Assembly: GCA_002633005.1 (NCBI GenBank)
Contig: NMRA01000234.1
Coordinates: forward strand, 1-64,000
Length of the DNA: 64,000 nt
DNA from: Phoronis australis
Taxonomy: Eukaryota; Animalia; Phoronida
Direction: 5' to 3'
Part shown: in pieces, positions 27,060-39,898 of the stretch
Layout: every line of letters starts with the position of its first letter
How positions within the stretch are numbered: the stretch's first letter is position 1
Translations under genes and position numbers: made by a program
The notes under the pieces: generated by a model
The model's input: the letters and a program-made list of their open reading frames with translations, nothing else
Database searches by the model: none
What the model was told of the DNA's origin: nothing

Positions 27060-27166
27060 ATTAAATGATGAACTTCTAACTAAGAGGAGAGGTGAAATTC
27101 GCCTTGCTGATGATACGGCTGTACTGTCGGTGTCCCGAAATATATATACGATTGACTTTGACAATG
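27060..27166 (+). CDS. Exon 18, VWD
   Basis: ttttag|...aatg|gtttgt; LNDELLTKRRGEIRLADDTAVLSVSRNIYTIDFDN. Confidence 0.8.
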
Positions 27167-27704
27167 GTTTGTACAACTCTACCAGGGTTATTTTAACTGG
27201 GTAATTTTACTTTGTCTGTATGTTGTGGGGGCTGATTACAACTTTGAAGTTTATTTTTCTTTTGCCTTTCATGCAAATGAAGTTACATACAAAATTTAGA
27301 AGTGTTATGAGCTGTCCTTTTGTTTGAACAAAAATGCAAGTGTTACTGTCACTGAACTGTGTAGTAGTAGAAAAGTGCAGTGTTGTCAGCCAGTGAATAC
27401 GGAATAAATTATGATAAACGTGTGCTTTGTTGCACAACATGTAATAACTATATGCAAGGTGTTAGAACTGTATGGTTGTTGTACAGCTGTTAGACTTGAC
27501 TGACATAAAAAGACCTCTAGCACGCTTTGACAAACTTTAACACGTGTAATAAACAAGCATTAAAATTGATACTTGGCCAGCTCCTTCTCTTGTCGAGTCT
27601 TTGTCAAAGTAAGATGTTGTCCACTTTCTTTTGAAATCTTCCTTTTCTCATTTTGTTTTCATACTGTGTAAGGTGTTGCAATGAACTTTGCTGTGCTCTG
27701 ACAG

Positions 27705-27890
27705 ATGTGTCCTTGACAGTGCGTGTCCACTCCTGGGGACGCGCATTCCTTAGCTACAGCCTTGGTTTACCTGAACGCTACCGGAAACAGGTTTATGGAC
27801 TGTGTGGAAACTTTGACGGTGACTGCACAAATGACATGGTGGGCCCTGATGGACAGAAATACACACACCCCTATGACTTTGGTGCATCTT
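27705..27890 (+). CDS. Exon 19, VWD (GLCGNFDG)
   Basis: tgacag|...tctt|gtgagt; ...LPERYRKQVYGLCGNFDGDCTNDMVGPDG...FGAS, the canonical VWD motif. Confidence 0.92.
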
Positions 27891-27945
27891 GTGAGTTTTT
27901 CAAACAAACTTGTTTAACTGTATTTTGGCTTCATTCTTGATCGAA

Positions 27946-28093
27946 TGTTGCTCACCGGAGTTGTTAATTCATTGTTGCTCACCGGAGTTGTTGTTGATTC
28001 ATTGTTGCTCACCGGAGTTGTTGTTAATTCAGTGTTGCTCACCGGAGTTGTTTTTAATTCATTGTTGCTCACCGGAGTTGTTTTTAATTCATT
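27946..28093. repeat. 30-bp minisatellite, ~5 copies (tgttgctcaccggagttgttgttaattcat)
   Basis: tandem units at 27946, 27973, 28003, 28033, 28063. Confidence 0.9.
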
Positions 28094-28296
28094 AAATCTG
28101 CATGTAGATTTTATTAGGCCAGCATAAAATGGCAAAGTTCAACCTAGGCTAAATCAAGTTAACTGTGGTAAATCATCCTCTTGAAGCTGTCATTTGGACC
28201 ATGGTTTTACCATTGGGAAAGCTTAATTGTAATTTAAAAGAAAGGACAAAGAATTCCAGTAGTTCTGCATGGGCCTAAATTAGCTATGGATTATAC

Positions 28297-28390
28297 TGTG
28301 TGTGTGTATTTGTGTGTGTGTGTGTGTGCGTGTGTGCGTGAACGTGTGCGTGAATGTGTGTGTGAACATTTGTGCATGCGTATGCACACA
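28297..28390. repeat. (TG)n-rich microsatellite
   Basis: imperfect TG/CG run. Confidence 0.85.
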
Positions 28391-28447
28391 GTATTCATCA
28401 GAGCCTCATCCTTGACTTGCTGATTATTACTTGTTGGTGACTTTCAG

Positions 28448-28726
28448 GGAAGATCAACTCTTCTGCAAATTCATCTTCTCTGTGGTCGTGGACTTCATCA
28501 AACTTCTCCCCCAATGATAGTATGGACTTTGATTACATCAACCCCAACTATGTGCCACGCAAGCCAAAGTGGTTCAGAGGCCGTCGTGCCGTGACAGAAA
28601 TTGAAATGAAGGCTCGCAAGATCTGCGCTGACAAACAGATTACAGGCGTGCTGTTTGACAACTGTGTTGATGACATAGTTTTAATGAATGACACGTCATT
28701 TGGAGATCAGGAGGTTTTCAAAATAG
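28448..28726 (+). CDS. Exon 20, post-VWD region with RGRR furin-type site
   Basis: tttcag|...aaatag|gtttgt; WKINSS...PKWFRGRRAVTEIEMKARKIC...FDNCVDDIVLMND. Confidence 0.85.
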
Positions 28727-28796
28727 GTTTGTATCGTCAGTGTGTTACTTTTTTAACTGCGTTTGAACAGGCGTGCAGTAATTATTGGGGTTGACA

Positions 28797-29250
28797 TTTG
28801 TGCAGACAACATGCATCTGCCGTAACTGTAGGACTAGAGAATTATGTACAAAGCATGCATGTGCTGTTAGTGTCGGGTTAGAGAATTGTGCAGATAACAT
28901 ACATGTGCTTTAAGTGTCGAGCTAGAGAATTGTGGCAGCAACATGCGTGTGTTGTAATTGTCAGACTAGAGAACTGTGGTGACAACATGCATGTGCTCAA
29001 AGTGTCGGGCTACAGAACTGCGCATACAACATACATGTGTTTTAGTGTTGAGATCAGTAACTGGGCATGCAGACAACAGACAGTAGCTGTACGGCTAGAG
29101 AAGTGGGCATACATACAACAGACATGCGCTGTGTTGTAGAAGTGGAGAACCGGTCAGGAAACACACGTGATATAATGTAGAAATGGAAATCTGGGCAGAC
29201 AGCAGACATGTTCTGTAGTGTGGAGTTGGAGAATTGGGCAGGCAACAGAA
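28797..29250. repeat. ~43-bp degenerate tandem repeat, ~10 copies
   Basis: recurrent tagagaattgtgcagacaacatgcatgtg-like units. Confidence 0.75.
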
Positions 29251-30171
29251 AGCTAAAAAATGTAACTTAAAACTGAAAGCCTATCTAGAACAGTAAAACT
29301 TGTGAATTTGGTTGCTACAGACAATTTGTTTCGGGGCATTACTCTGAGCACTTTTATGTTATCAAGTGCCAGATGCAATGACCAGTAATGGCTTTACATG
29401 CATCCCAATGGGACAATTTTCTATATAATAATTATGGTGTTTAGCTCAGACCCCTGTTCATTAACTTCTCTCTGCCTTTTGTTGTATGTTTTCGTGGTGA
29501 TGTAATGCGGCCAGATGAGGCAAATTCACTAATCATTTTACAAGCTTGTGCTGTTTGACTGTGATCAAATCTTGCTTTCTTTTACTACTTAACTTTTGCT
29601 AAGACTATCTCAGTAACCCAATGTATCTAAATTTTATCAAAAATTCATTTGTGAAATTAAGGCTTAAAGTAATAAGTATCAGCAGATGATATGTTTTTAT
29701 ACTCAAAACTGGGTTTTCTGTAGAGCAGTTGTTGTTGTAATGTGTGCACTTTTCTTTATATATTTTTTCTACTATTTATTTCAAAGCCAAATGTAATTGT
29801 TGCTATGTAGAAATTTGATGACTACGATAATCTTAAAAATTGAGATTGTTCAGTAATTGTATGAAACGGAATTAGGATCAGTTGTGTTTAATATTACATA
29901 GTATTTTATTGGGAAACGTACTTGTCTCCCGCTTTGGAAATTTCACCTTTTCCTATATTGAAAACAATGACCTTAGTGTTGGTTGATTTTCCATCAGTAA
30001 CCTATGACTATCAACATACAAACAAAGATCTTGTTTTCATGCCTTTAAGATTCCAATGGTGACCGACCTGTAGGTAGTTTTCTTGGAGTATGTCTAAAAC
30101 CAAAGCCAAACATTTCGCTTGTCTGCCGGAACTATGAGCATACCCTGAATTCCAGGTTTTATTTATTTCAG

Positions 30172-30264
30172 TCGAGTGTCCATCTGCATGTAATGACCAT
30201 GGAAGCTGTGTCAATGGTTCTTGTGTTTGCATCGATGGCTGGAGTGGAGATGAGTGTGACATAG
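30172..30264 (+). CDS. Exon 21, tenascin-type EGF
   Basis: tttcag|...atag|gtgaca; ECPSACNDHGSCVNGSCVCIDGWSGDECDI. Confidence 0.9.
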   Translation, partial: SSVHLHVMTMEAVSMVLVFASMAGVEMSVT

Positions 30265-31011
30265 GTGACATTATTTTGTTTACATAGCAACACCCGTTGA
30301 AACCAGATTCACAGTGTAATCAGGTTTTTGAGTACTTCAATCTTTACTTTCATTCACATCTAAGTGTGAGGTCAGACTTTCTTGCAATATTCAGCTGTCA
30401 ATTTTTTCTTTTAGCTTTGACTTTTTGTCTGCTTCTGAGTAGGCCAATGATACCGGTCTTTTGGATTCAAATTACTAACAGATTTTCTGACTTTTAGCCT
30501 TGGCCTGATTTTGTGAAACAGGGTACGCCATTTGTAGACTGAAAAGTCAAAAGACAATAGTCTTCAAGAAACAGGCCATGGAGATTAAACCCATCGAATT
30601 GATCAGGAAGAAAATACTGTCCTGTAAATGACTTCAAAACTTCATACAGTAAAGATTCTCTAGTCTGGAACAGTCTCTAAAATTTAGGAAATTTAGGACT
30701 GAAATTCAAGCCAAAATATTGTAATTATGTTGATTCTGAAAATTGGGACAAGAGTAATTTTGACATTTATCGTGTTTCTCAAATATTACACGCTGCATTT
30801 TGTATTTTTAACGAACTTAAATGCAATATCGTCAAAAAAAGCTGTCAATGCAAAATTCGTATATCTGTTAATTCTTGAATGTGGGACAGACAGCATTGCT
30901 TATTTTTAAAATTTGTTACAAGCTTCGTATTTGAGCAAAATACTGTCTCGAAAACTGGAGACTTTTACCAATAAATGCTGCTTTCTAAGTTATAGTAATT
31001 ATTGTTTGCAG

Positions 31012-31110
31012 GTGCTTGTGGCACTCTTCAGTGTTCTATACATGGTGAATGTATCAAGGGGTTCTGTAAATGTGGTGTGGGCTGGGAAGGACCTACCTGT
31101 CAGAAGAAAG
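31012..31110 (+). CDS. Exon 22, EGF
   Basis: ttgcag|...aaag|gtaagc; ACGTLQCSIHGECIKGFCKCGVGWEGPTCQKK. Confidence 0.9.
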
Positions 31111-31320
31111 GTAAGCTATTGTAGCTATGGCCACGTTTGATTGTGGATAAACATGGCCATGTATTTCTGCTCTGTTAACAATCACATAGAGTATTATGAT
31201 AATGTCTCGGGGGAATCCCCTACAGGGTAGTGTCCAGAAAGTTAAAATAATGGGCGTGTGACTTACACTAACTTATTTTGTGTTTTGATGATCGCGTTGT
31301 AACATTTTGTTTGTTTACAG

Positions 31321-31410
31321 CCACCTGCTACAATGTGGATAACTGTACAGATGTTGATCACGGTGTTTGTCAAACAACGGACAAGTGTTTGTGTAATGTG
31401 GGTTATACAG
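31321..31410 (+). CDS. Exon 23, EGF
   Basis: ttacag|...acag|gtaaga; TCYNVDNCTDVDHGVCQTTDKCLCNVGYT. Confidence 0.9.
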
Positions 31411-32379
31411 GTAAGATTTACCTTCAGGAGTCCTAACAATTATGGAAGCCTACGTGTAGCTGGACGCATCTAACTGGAGTATTCCAAGTTAGGTGCTAGT
31501 GCTTATACCGACTGCACAAATCTGCAATGTAAATCACATGGTCTTGCAAATGCAATGTTTGGCCAAACGATAGTCTGAACTGTCTGCAATGATTTGCAGG
31601 GTTGATGCAGCCATACAGTCAGGTAGTTTTGCACAATAAAATGAGCAACATTGAAATTTGACATAATTTCGGTGCACAAAACCATATAATTATGCATGTT
31701 GTAAAAATCGTGACAACTCACCGTGCTATTCCATTGCATAACTAAACAGTAGAGCTGTACCGGATCGATAGAACTCTCCTTTGTCTCGGAGGTATTAAAT
31801 ACAGCGAGATAACAGTGTTGCTGTGTCAGGGATGGCTCTAATAGTTGCTGAGGCAAATGTTTGACAAAAATGCTATTTTATTGCTGCGAAACCTCGACTT
31901 AACTATTGGATAACTCTAGGAATATGTTTATTTTGAAAAATAACCTGCGTATGCCTGCCTGACATTCCATGATTAGTTCCATCTCGCCAAGAGCAAGTTT
32001 CAGACTCCTATCAGGCCTTACTGTTGGTTCTGTAAGTTGTACATGCAAGCAAATATTTCGGGCTTACTTTAATCATCTGGAGTCATTCATCAACATTAGC
32101 CAGTTTGAATACTGAATGTTCCCTTGTACAGCTAGACTACCTCTCCTTGGATCTGGTGCTCACTGCAACTTCATTGTACTGATAGTGAATTTAATTCAAT
32201 CTTTACCACTGTTTTGCATATTAAAACATTTCTAGATCCTACCATGAGGACAAATCAGCCAACGGGGTTTCTTGCTGCTTGAAGTATACTTCAGTAACAC
32301 TTTGTTCTCAGTGCTACTCAGAATATATTTTCAGAAAAAAATCTTTATTTACCTTTAGTTAACAACGTGACTTTTTCAG

Positions 32380-32532
32380 GTGACAATTGCAGTATAATAG
32401 CTACGTGTTACAACCGAGCCAACTGTTCTGGTAATGGCGTTTGTGTAGACATTGATGTTTGTCGTTGTGATACCGGATGGACTGGCGAGAACTGTGCCGT
32501 GTACTCATGTGAATCAGTTGGGTTTTGTTCAG
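32380..32532 (+). CDS. Exon 24, EGF
   Basis: tttcag|...tcag|gttagt; DNCSIIATCYNRANCSGNGVCVDIDVCRCDTGWTGENCAVYSCESVGFCS. Confidence 0.9.
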
Positions 32533-32702
32533 GTTAGTGAAACATTTTTGACATTGTATGATGAATTAGCTCTGATGATTGTCCAAACTTGTCTTAAAAA
32601 AATTCTGATTTATCTTCTCCATTGTAGCTATGATAGCTTATGAAGAAGCACACAAGCTCTGCTTTAAATATGCTGATTGATAGCTCGATTCAACTGTAAA
32701 AT

Positions 32703-33615
32703 TAATAGGAGGACTGTATTCTTTGATAGTTTCTTTGAGGCTGGTATTACTTTTGTGAAGGATCTTTTGCATTTTGAAAATAAATTTCTGACATGGGAGG
32801 TTTTGAAAAAATAGGTATAAGCTTTCAAATTGGATTCATTATGCTGCTTTGAGAAGTGCGATTAAGTTGAAAGCTGATCCTAAGATTTCAAAATGCATAC
32901 ATCCCCAGTCAAGCCAAATTACTAAATGTGTTTTCTAGAAATATTTTGCTTTCCAAAATTGTTTTGCCTCCTGATATAGAGTACAGCTTAACTGACATTT
33001 ACTCTAGACTACGAATTAAACAAATTTATGTTCTTCCATGCAAACTCTTGTTACCTCCTTATATTAAAACCTTTAAGTACTTCTATAATCATAGAAAAGT
33101 GTTTACAAAACTTATTTTGAAGAAGATGAACTTAGTCAGTGATGGCAAGTGTGCATCTTGTGGAACTGTTGACAATTTTAACCATATGTTTGTGAAATGT
33201 GATTCTGTGAAAACTTTGTGGTGTGAAATTCAGAAACTTTTAATTTATGTAACTGCACAACAGGATTTAATCTTAGATAAAAATGTTATTTTGCAGCATA
33301 TTTTGGATGTAATTTTGAAGATATCAATACCATATTAACTATTTGCCAGTATTTCATCCATAAATGTTCTAGAAACCAGATTATTCCTAGATATTCACAA
33401 TTTCAATGTTTCTTGTATAATTATTGTAAAGTAAGGAATATACAACCCCGTAAAACTGCCTTTTGGGAAACCATCAATGCCTATTTATTTTAGACCAACC
33501 GAGAACTTCTATTATTTATGTGTGTGTGTGCGTGTGTGTGTGTGTGCCTGTGTTTCATTTGCAAAGATCTTATTGTTTGTAAATTTTAGTGTATTTAGAA
33601 ATAAAATGTTAAAAA
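32703..33615 (+). mobile_element. 5'-truncated L1/Tx1-like LINE (3' end of ORF2, zf-RVT)
   Basis: KCASCGTVDNFNHMFVKC (C-x2-C-x7-H-x4-C); AATAAA and short A tail at ~33600-33617; 11-bp target-site duplication aactgtaaaat at 32692 and 33616. Confidence 0.8.
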
Positions 33616-34653
33616 AACTGTAAAATGCCATTTATATACGACATGTATTCCATAATGAACATAGACTGTGTGCTGTGAGCGAAACTCCATCTTTAGAGAC
33701 AGAATGGAGAGTTGGATTGGCAAAAATTGTCATTTATTATGACAGAGCAATGAAAATAATACAAAAACACAGTCTCTTGAAAGACACGCGTACAAATGTC
33801 ACCCTGAATACATAGGGGCAAAATCAAAGCTGTAAGAATAGAACATTAAAAATAAGATAAACATAGTGTATTGGATTAAAGAGGTAGAAAAAAAATACAT
33901 TATTTGTTGGTGTTAACAGTAAATGAAACTGGTGAAAACTGATACTATCTGACTGACAAAGAAATATTTAATGAAATAAATGTGCTAGCCAATTGAAATG
34001 ATGATTGGTGATGTCATATCCCACATGACCAGTGACCCACTCCAGCAAGTGATGTCATGGGGTATGGCGAAACAGCACATCACAAGGTGAATTGAGAAAC
34101 CATCCAAAAGTTGCAAAAGGGGTTTCGGTTGGGGAGGACGAGTCCATATGCTCACATCAATATAATTTAACTTGTAAAATCTAATTTATGTTCTACACAA
34201 TTCTAATTCACCCTAGCATATCTTGGAACAATGCATAAAGATCCACTAAATAGTGTCGTGTATTCAGCCTGTACAACATTCTTTGATAAATTAAGTTTGA
34301 AAATATAAAAAGGTGTGTATTAGTAAAGTATGCAGTTTTCAATGACGTTTTGTAGGTACTTAACTCACTGTTTAGATTTGTATTATGGCTGTCATTACCT
34401 TGTGGTAATCCTTTAAGTGTATTAAGCAAAAGACTGTTAGAAATCCCAATAATAGAGGTCGCGCCACTACAAAATTTGAAGAGAAAGTGGTTCGCAAACT
34501 CCTGGATTTGCTGACTATATGACCTCAGAGGAATATGTACAAACGTAAAGGAATGGCTGACCGAATGTGGTTTGTGTAGTACAACATGTTCAACTTGTCT
34601 CTTACCCAAACTGATGAATGCTCATAGTCACTAAGTCATTTTCATTGGTACAG

Positions 34654-34903
34654 GTCAAGGTCAGTGTACCGGCTTTGACATCTGCTCTTGCTCTGTGGGC
34701 TGGACTGGATCATCATGCACTACAGCTGACTGTCCTGATGTGAAGCAGTGTAGTCAACAAGGGACATGCAGTGCACCAAACACCTGTGAATGTAACCAGG
34801 GATACACTGGTCAGGCCTGTGACCAACTGATTTCCTGCCCGGAGTTTAACGACTGCAGTGGCCACGGAGTGTGTTTCAATGTGACTGGAGTCCTGTCCTG
34901 CAC
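34654..34903 (+). CDS. Exon 25, EGF repeats (last shared exon)
   Basis: gtacag|...tgcac|gtgagt; QGQCTGFDICSCSVGWTGSSC...CSGHGVCFNVTGVLSC, ends in phase 2. Confidence 0.9.
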
Positions 34904-34994
34904 GTGAGTAGTTGGCACGCAGTAACATGTATTTCCCATATTGTTGCACAGTCTTGATTACATCCTTCCTTTGTAGGTTTGTATACTGTGCTTC

Positions 34995-35350
34995 TTATGT
35001 GCCCCCGTGCACAAAATTATGTGGGTGCAGTTTGCTGTCATTTCTGTTCGGACATCTGGTATCTGCTGCTATTTTTCAAACCTTTTGGAGAATTTTATAT
35101 TTGAAGCTGACAACAAATGATGACACCAGCTTGATGGATCCGACAATTGCTGTGCCTCTTAATATCACTTCTGTTTTTTACCTTAAGTTTGTCTTCATTA
35201 TGTACTTATAGGTTATTGACTGAATTCTATAGAATTTGGCAAATAGGGTCTATTGAGACTACAATGACACACTTCCAATTTTGGAAGGGTTCTACTTATT
35301 CTAAATTTCCTTGAGGCCATTTTTATTATTTTTGAGTTTGGCATTCTCCT
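34995..35350 (+). mobile_element. Short degenerate HINE-family fragment
   Basis: tatgtgggtgcagtttgctgtcatttctg, ggatccgacaattgctgtgcc. Confidence 0.5.
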
Positions 35351-35399
35351 CTTCATCTGCCAAAGAGCTCAATACATAAACAAAGAGCTTGTGGGTTTC

Positions 35400-37230
35400 T
35401 ATTGAATTGCTGGTATGTTTTCTGGGAAAATTCCAGCTGTCGTGGTGCCGATATTAGGCCTCAAAATCGAGGCATAGAGTGACCTAAGAGAGTTTTCTTT
35501 CATCAGTTTTAAATTTAGTGTTGTGATCCATTTTCTCTTAGGTTAACTTATTCAAAAAAGCAGAAATAGGTTAGGTTAGGCAGCACTGCTTGTATTGGAC
35601 AGTCATTTTCACGTCACACTCCGGAAACTTTGACAAAAACTTTACCAAAACCCATTTAACACAGCATTTTCAATGGGCTGCAAAGCGTGCCTCTGAGGCG
35701 GATAGTGACTTTGAACATGAGCACATCACAGGTGACATTATGAATGAGTTAAAAGCTATCTCTGTCAGTGTTAAAGGATTGAATTCCGAGCATTGTCTTC
35801 TAGATTTAGGACTTAGAAACAATTGCTGCAAAGTTTGATTCCATGCTGTCGGAAATTAAGGATGATATTGCAGTCTTTCACAACAGACTCATGAATTTGG
35901 AAACACTTGTTGGGGTAGAAGAGGAAGATTTTCTAGTTGATTGGGCTTTTATTTCGTTCAAAGTTTTGCTGGGTAGTAGATCAGGTTTGGAAATTGCCAA
36001 AGATGTCGTTACCAATCTTTCTAACCTGAACAGATAAGTTACAGTTGTAAAAGCAAACAAAGTACTCGCCCCTAAGGGCTATGCTGATGCGAATACTGAG
36101 CTATAGTCAAGGTCCAGGTAAAAGATAGGCTGAGAAAGTTGCTATTCTTTGAGCCAAACAAAGTTATAAGCAGGGTGTGTATTTGAGATTGCCGAAAAGC
36201 CATGAAGAGCGGTTGAACGACTCTTTTAGTCTTTTAGACTTTGTTGATAAACTGAATCTTTTCAACCATGGTATCTCTATAGGAAATAATTAGCTTCTTG
36301 TTGTATGCAGACGACATTGCCTTACTCTCGTCACGTGAACATTATATGCAGGCCATGTTGGATCTTTTGCACAATTTGTGTAAACAATGGAGGATGGAGC
36401 TGAATTTGAGTTATGCATTTTCGTAAGCCTCTGGAGAGGCAGGCCAACTTTGTCTTCAACTTTGCGAATAACCTGCTCACTGTTGTAAGTCAGACAGTGT
36501 AAATATTTAGGTGTCCTTTTTGATGAACATTAATTTGCAGTTTCAACAATGCGCTGCTGTACCAGCAGCATCTGGTGGCCACGCAGTTGGTGACATGCTA
36601 TCTAAATTCAAGTGCATACATGATGTTGGGTTTAACACATACACCACTTTATATGATTCGTGTGTTACCCCGATACTTGATTATTGCTGCCCTAGTGTTC
36701 AGGGGAGGGGTGGGGCAGGGCTTTTTCATCAGTGTGATTCAATTCAAATTCAACGTATTCCATACTTTCTTGGGGTTCACAAATTTACTCCAATTGCGGC
36801 GATCAATAGCGATTTGGGGTGGATACCTACGGTGTATATTTTGCTGCAAGTTTTGTCTCACATAGCAAGTATTACCAGGACCCCACGTACAAAAAGCAAA
36901 ATTTGTTTTTTCAAATTTTTACAGAGGTTCAGATTGAAGCATCTTATCAAAGGTCAGCTTGTGAAAATGCCAAAGTGAAACTGATGAATCTTTTGAAGTC
37001 TGAATGTAAGGCTGAAAAAAATGAGCATTATTGTCTAGAGAAAAGAAATCCTTCTTTTCTCAATTTAGATATAGAGTGTTGCCGCTGAAAGTGGAAACTG
37101 GTCATTTCGGTATTTTTACTGTGGTTGAGGAGCGTTTGTGTGATTTTTGTGTTAGTGGTCTCTGTGGGGCAGTTTGGCTGATGTTGGCATTTGAACCATG
37201 CTTGGGGTTGCTATGGATGGCTGTTATATT
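35400..37230 (+). mobile_element. Decayed non-LTR retrotransposon (CR1/L2-group-like); ORF1-like and RT remnants
   Basis: LLYADDIALL at ~36298-36327, KYLGV, TTLYDSCVTPILDY, FLGVHKFTP, QFR..LPLKVETG; frameshifted; clade assignment is inference. Confidence 0.75.
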
Positions 37231-37245
37231 GCTGTGTTTTAATTT

Positions 37246-39231
37246 TTATGCGCCCACATATTTATATGTGGACGCATTATGCTGTCATCTCTGTCCGTCC
37301 GTCCGTCCGTCCGGGCGGCGTCCGGCGTCCGCTGCTCTATCTCCAAAACCCTTTGACATACGTTAATGAAATTTGGCACATATGTTCCATTCATGAATGG
37401 GACGGCATGTGCGAACTTTTGGACGGATCCGACTACCGGTGTGCCCCCTAGTGGCAATTTTAGTTTTTTACGCTTACCTTTGTATCTTCAAAAGTCCTGA
37501 ACGGATTTTCATGAAATTTGGTATGTAGGCACGTATTAGTGAGATGACGCTATCCTGCCGTTTTCAGATGGATTCGACGTAGTTTGCGCCACCTAGTGGC
37601 CATTTTTAGTGTTTTCGAGTCTGTTTTTGTGCGTCCACCCCTCTATCAACCAAACCGCTCAAAGGATGATTGTGAAAATTGGCATGTATATGCTTACTAT
37701 GTAGAGGACGGTTGACGATGATTTTCCGACGATTTCGACTACTGTGGCGCCTCCTAGTGGCAGTTTTGTTTTTTTTCGCCTATGGCTGTATCTCCTAAAC
37801 CGTTCGCAGGATCTTTACGAAATTGTGTAAGTATATTTATATGATGTTAACAACGGAAGATGACGACTTTTGGACGGATCCGACTACCGGTGTGCCCCCT
37901 AGTGGCAATTTTAATTTTTTTACGCTTACCTTTGTATCTTCACAAGTCCTTATTGGATTTTCATGAAATTTGGTATGTAGGCACCTATTAGTGAGATGAC
38001 GCTATCCTCCCGTTTTCAGATGGATTCGACATAGTTTGCGCCACCTAGTGGCCATTTTTAGTGTTTTCGAGTCTGTTTTTGTGCGTCCACCCCTCTATCA
38101 ACCAAACCGCTCAAAGGATGATTGTGAAAATTGGCATGTATATGCTTACTATGTAGAGGACGGTTGACGATGATTTTCCGACGATTTCGACTACTGTGGC
38201 GCCTCCTAGTGGCAGTTTTGTTTTTTTGCGCCTATGGCTGTATCTCCTAAACCGTTCGCAGGATCTTTACAAATTGTGTAAGTATATTTATATGATGTTA
38301 ACAACGGAAGATGACGACTTTTGGTCGGATCCGACTACCGGTGTGCCCCCTAGTGGCAATTTTAGTTTTTTACGCTTACCTTTGTATCTTCAAAAGTATT
38401 GAACGGATTTTCATGAAATTTGGTATGTAGGCACCTATTAGTGAGATGACGCTATCCTACTGTTTTCAGATGGATTCGACGTAGTTTGCGCCACCTAGTG
38501 GCCATTTTTACTGTTTTCGAGTCTGTATTTTTGCGTCCACCCCTCTATCAACCAAACCGCTCAAAGGATGATTGTGAAAATTGGCGTGTATGTGCTTACT
38601 ATAAGGAAGACAGCTGACAATGATTTTCAGACGATTTGGACTACTGTGGCGCCTCCTAGTGGCAGTTTTGTTTTTTTGCGCCCATGGCTGTATCTCCCAA
38701 ACCGTTTGCAGGATCTTTACTAAATTTAGCAAGTGTATTTATGTGATGTTGACAACGGACGATGACGACTTTAGGATGATTCTGATTACCGGTATGCCTC
38801 TAGTGGCAATTTTAGTATTTGCCTCTAGTGGCAATTTTAGTATTTTACATTGACCTCTGTATTTTCATAGGTCTTCAGGTGTATACTTTGTGTTACTTCG
38901 TGACTGTGAAGGAAAAGTTCCAAGTAGAAATTTGTTTCTGGCATTCTAATGCTGTGCTAATCTCGTATGTTGGTAAATTTGTTTTTAATTCTATGTTTCT
39001 GTGGTGCTTTAAGCAACTGGTGTATAGGATGTGCTTGTATTATGAAGATTACTCACATTTTGCCCCTAGCCTATTGAGGAGACAATGACCATGCCTTTCC
39101 ATTTTGCAAAGTACAACATACTACATATATGCCCTCTACTGGCCACTTTATGGTACCAATAAACAACCCTAGAAGGATACCGTATGCGGTGCAATTGTGG
39201 GCGCATTTCAACGCTCTGCGTTGCTCTTGTT
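37246..39231 (+). mobile_element. Young non-autonomous Helentron/DINE-1-like element (HINE) with internal tandem array
   Basis: 5' TGCGCCCACA within a hairpin (tgcgcccacata-ttt-atatgtggacgca); (GTCC)5 at 37293-37312; 3' inverted copy TGTGGGCGCA at 39196-39205; 3' stem-loop caacgctctgcgttg; ends ctcttgtt in T-rich site. Confidence 0.8.
37417..38850 (+). repeat. ~451-bp higher-order tandem repeat (~3.1 units), each made of three ~145-161-bp subunits
   Basis: ggacggatccgactaccggtg recurs at 37421, 37872, 38323 and degenerately at 38774. Confidence 0.9.
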
Positions 39232-39728
39232 TTGAATTCGTTGTTTGGTAATCACAGGTTGCTTTTAAGTATCAGTCTTTGATTGCTGTGAATGGTTGTC
39301 TGCTTGTTATGGATATTGCCATCATTTAGCATTTGCATGCCAATCACAAAACTACCTGGGCTGCATTTTGTAGACACTAGAATTCCACGTGTAAAGCTAG
39401 TTTTGTCACATGCTTCTTTTGTAATGCATGGCGATATCTCGCTGTACCTTGCATAATCTTACATTTTCACAAGTATCTTTTTTCTACAGAATGCAATTAA
39501 TTAAGCCTGGATTGATGTGGATTGTTACAGCTGTTCCTATTGTAACCATCCTATGGCCGCAATCCGTCGGTCAGTATAACTGCAATCTTTTTAGACATAG
39601 GTGCACAGCAGTGTCCAACTTGTCACAAGTGTGTTGATGAGTTAAGGAATGGATTTGAACATAATTATGATGAAAACGACTTCTTTTTGGAGTAGTTCAG
39701 TTACAGAAATGCGTATTTTCACCTTTAG

Positions 39729-39898
39729 TTGTGACCTTGGCTATTCCGGTGCTAACTGTTCTGTGACGGACTGTTCTTCTATCAACAACTGTTCTGGTAA
39801 TGGACAGTGTGACCAGCCCAATGTCTGTACATGTCATCCTGACTATAAGGGGACGACATGCAGCGAATTCTCCTGCGAGGCACTCAACTACTGCTCGG
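39729..39898 (+). CDS. Exon 26A, EGF (module A)
   Basis: ctttag|...ctcgg|gtaaga; CDLGYSGANCSVTDCSSINNCSGNGQCDQPNVCTCHPDYKGTTCSEFSCEALNYCS; 170 nt, phase 2-1. Confidence 0.9.

Noticed and set aside
37191-39088. Several 68-89-aa ORFs
   Set aside because: They lie within the HINE tandem array, and frames are not preserved between units.
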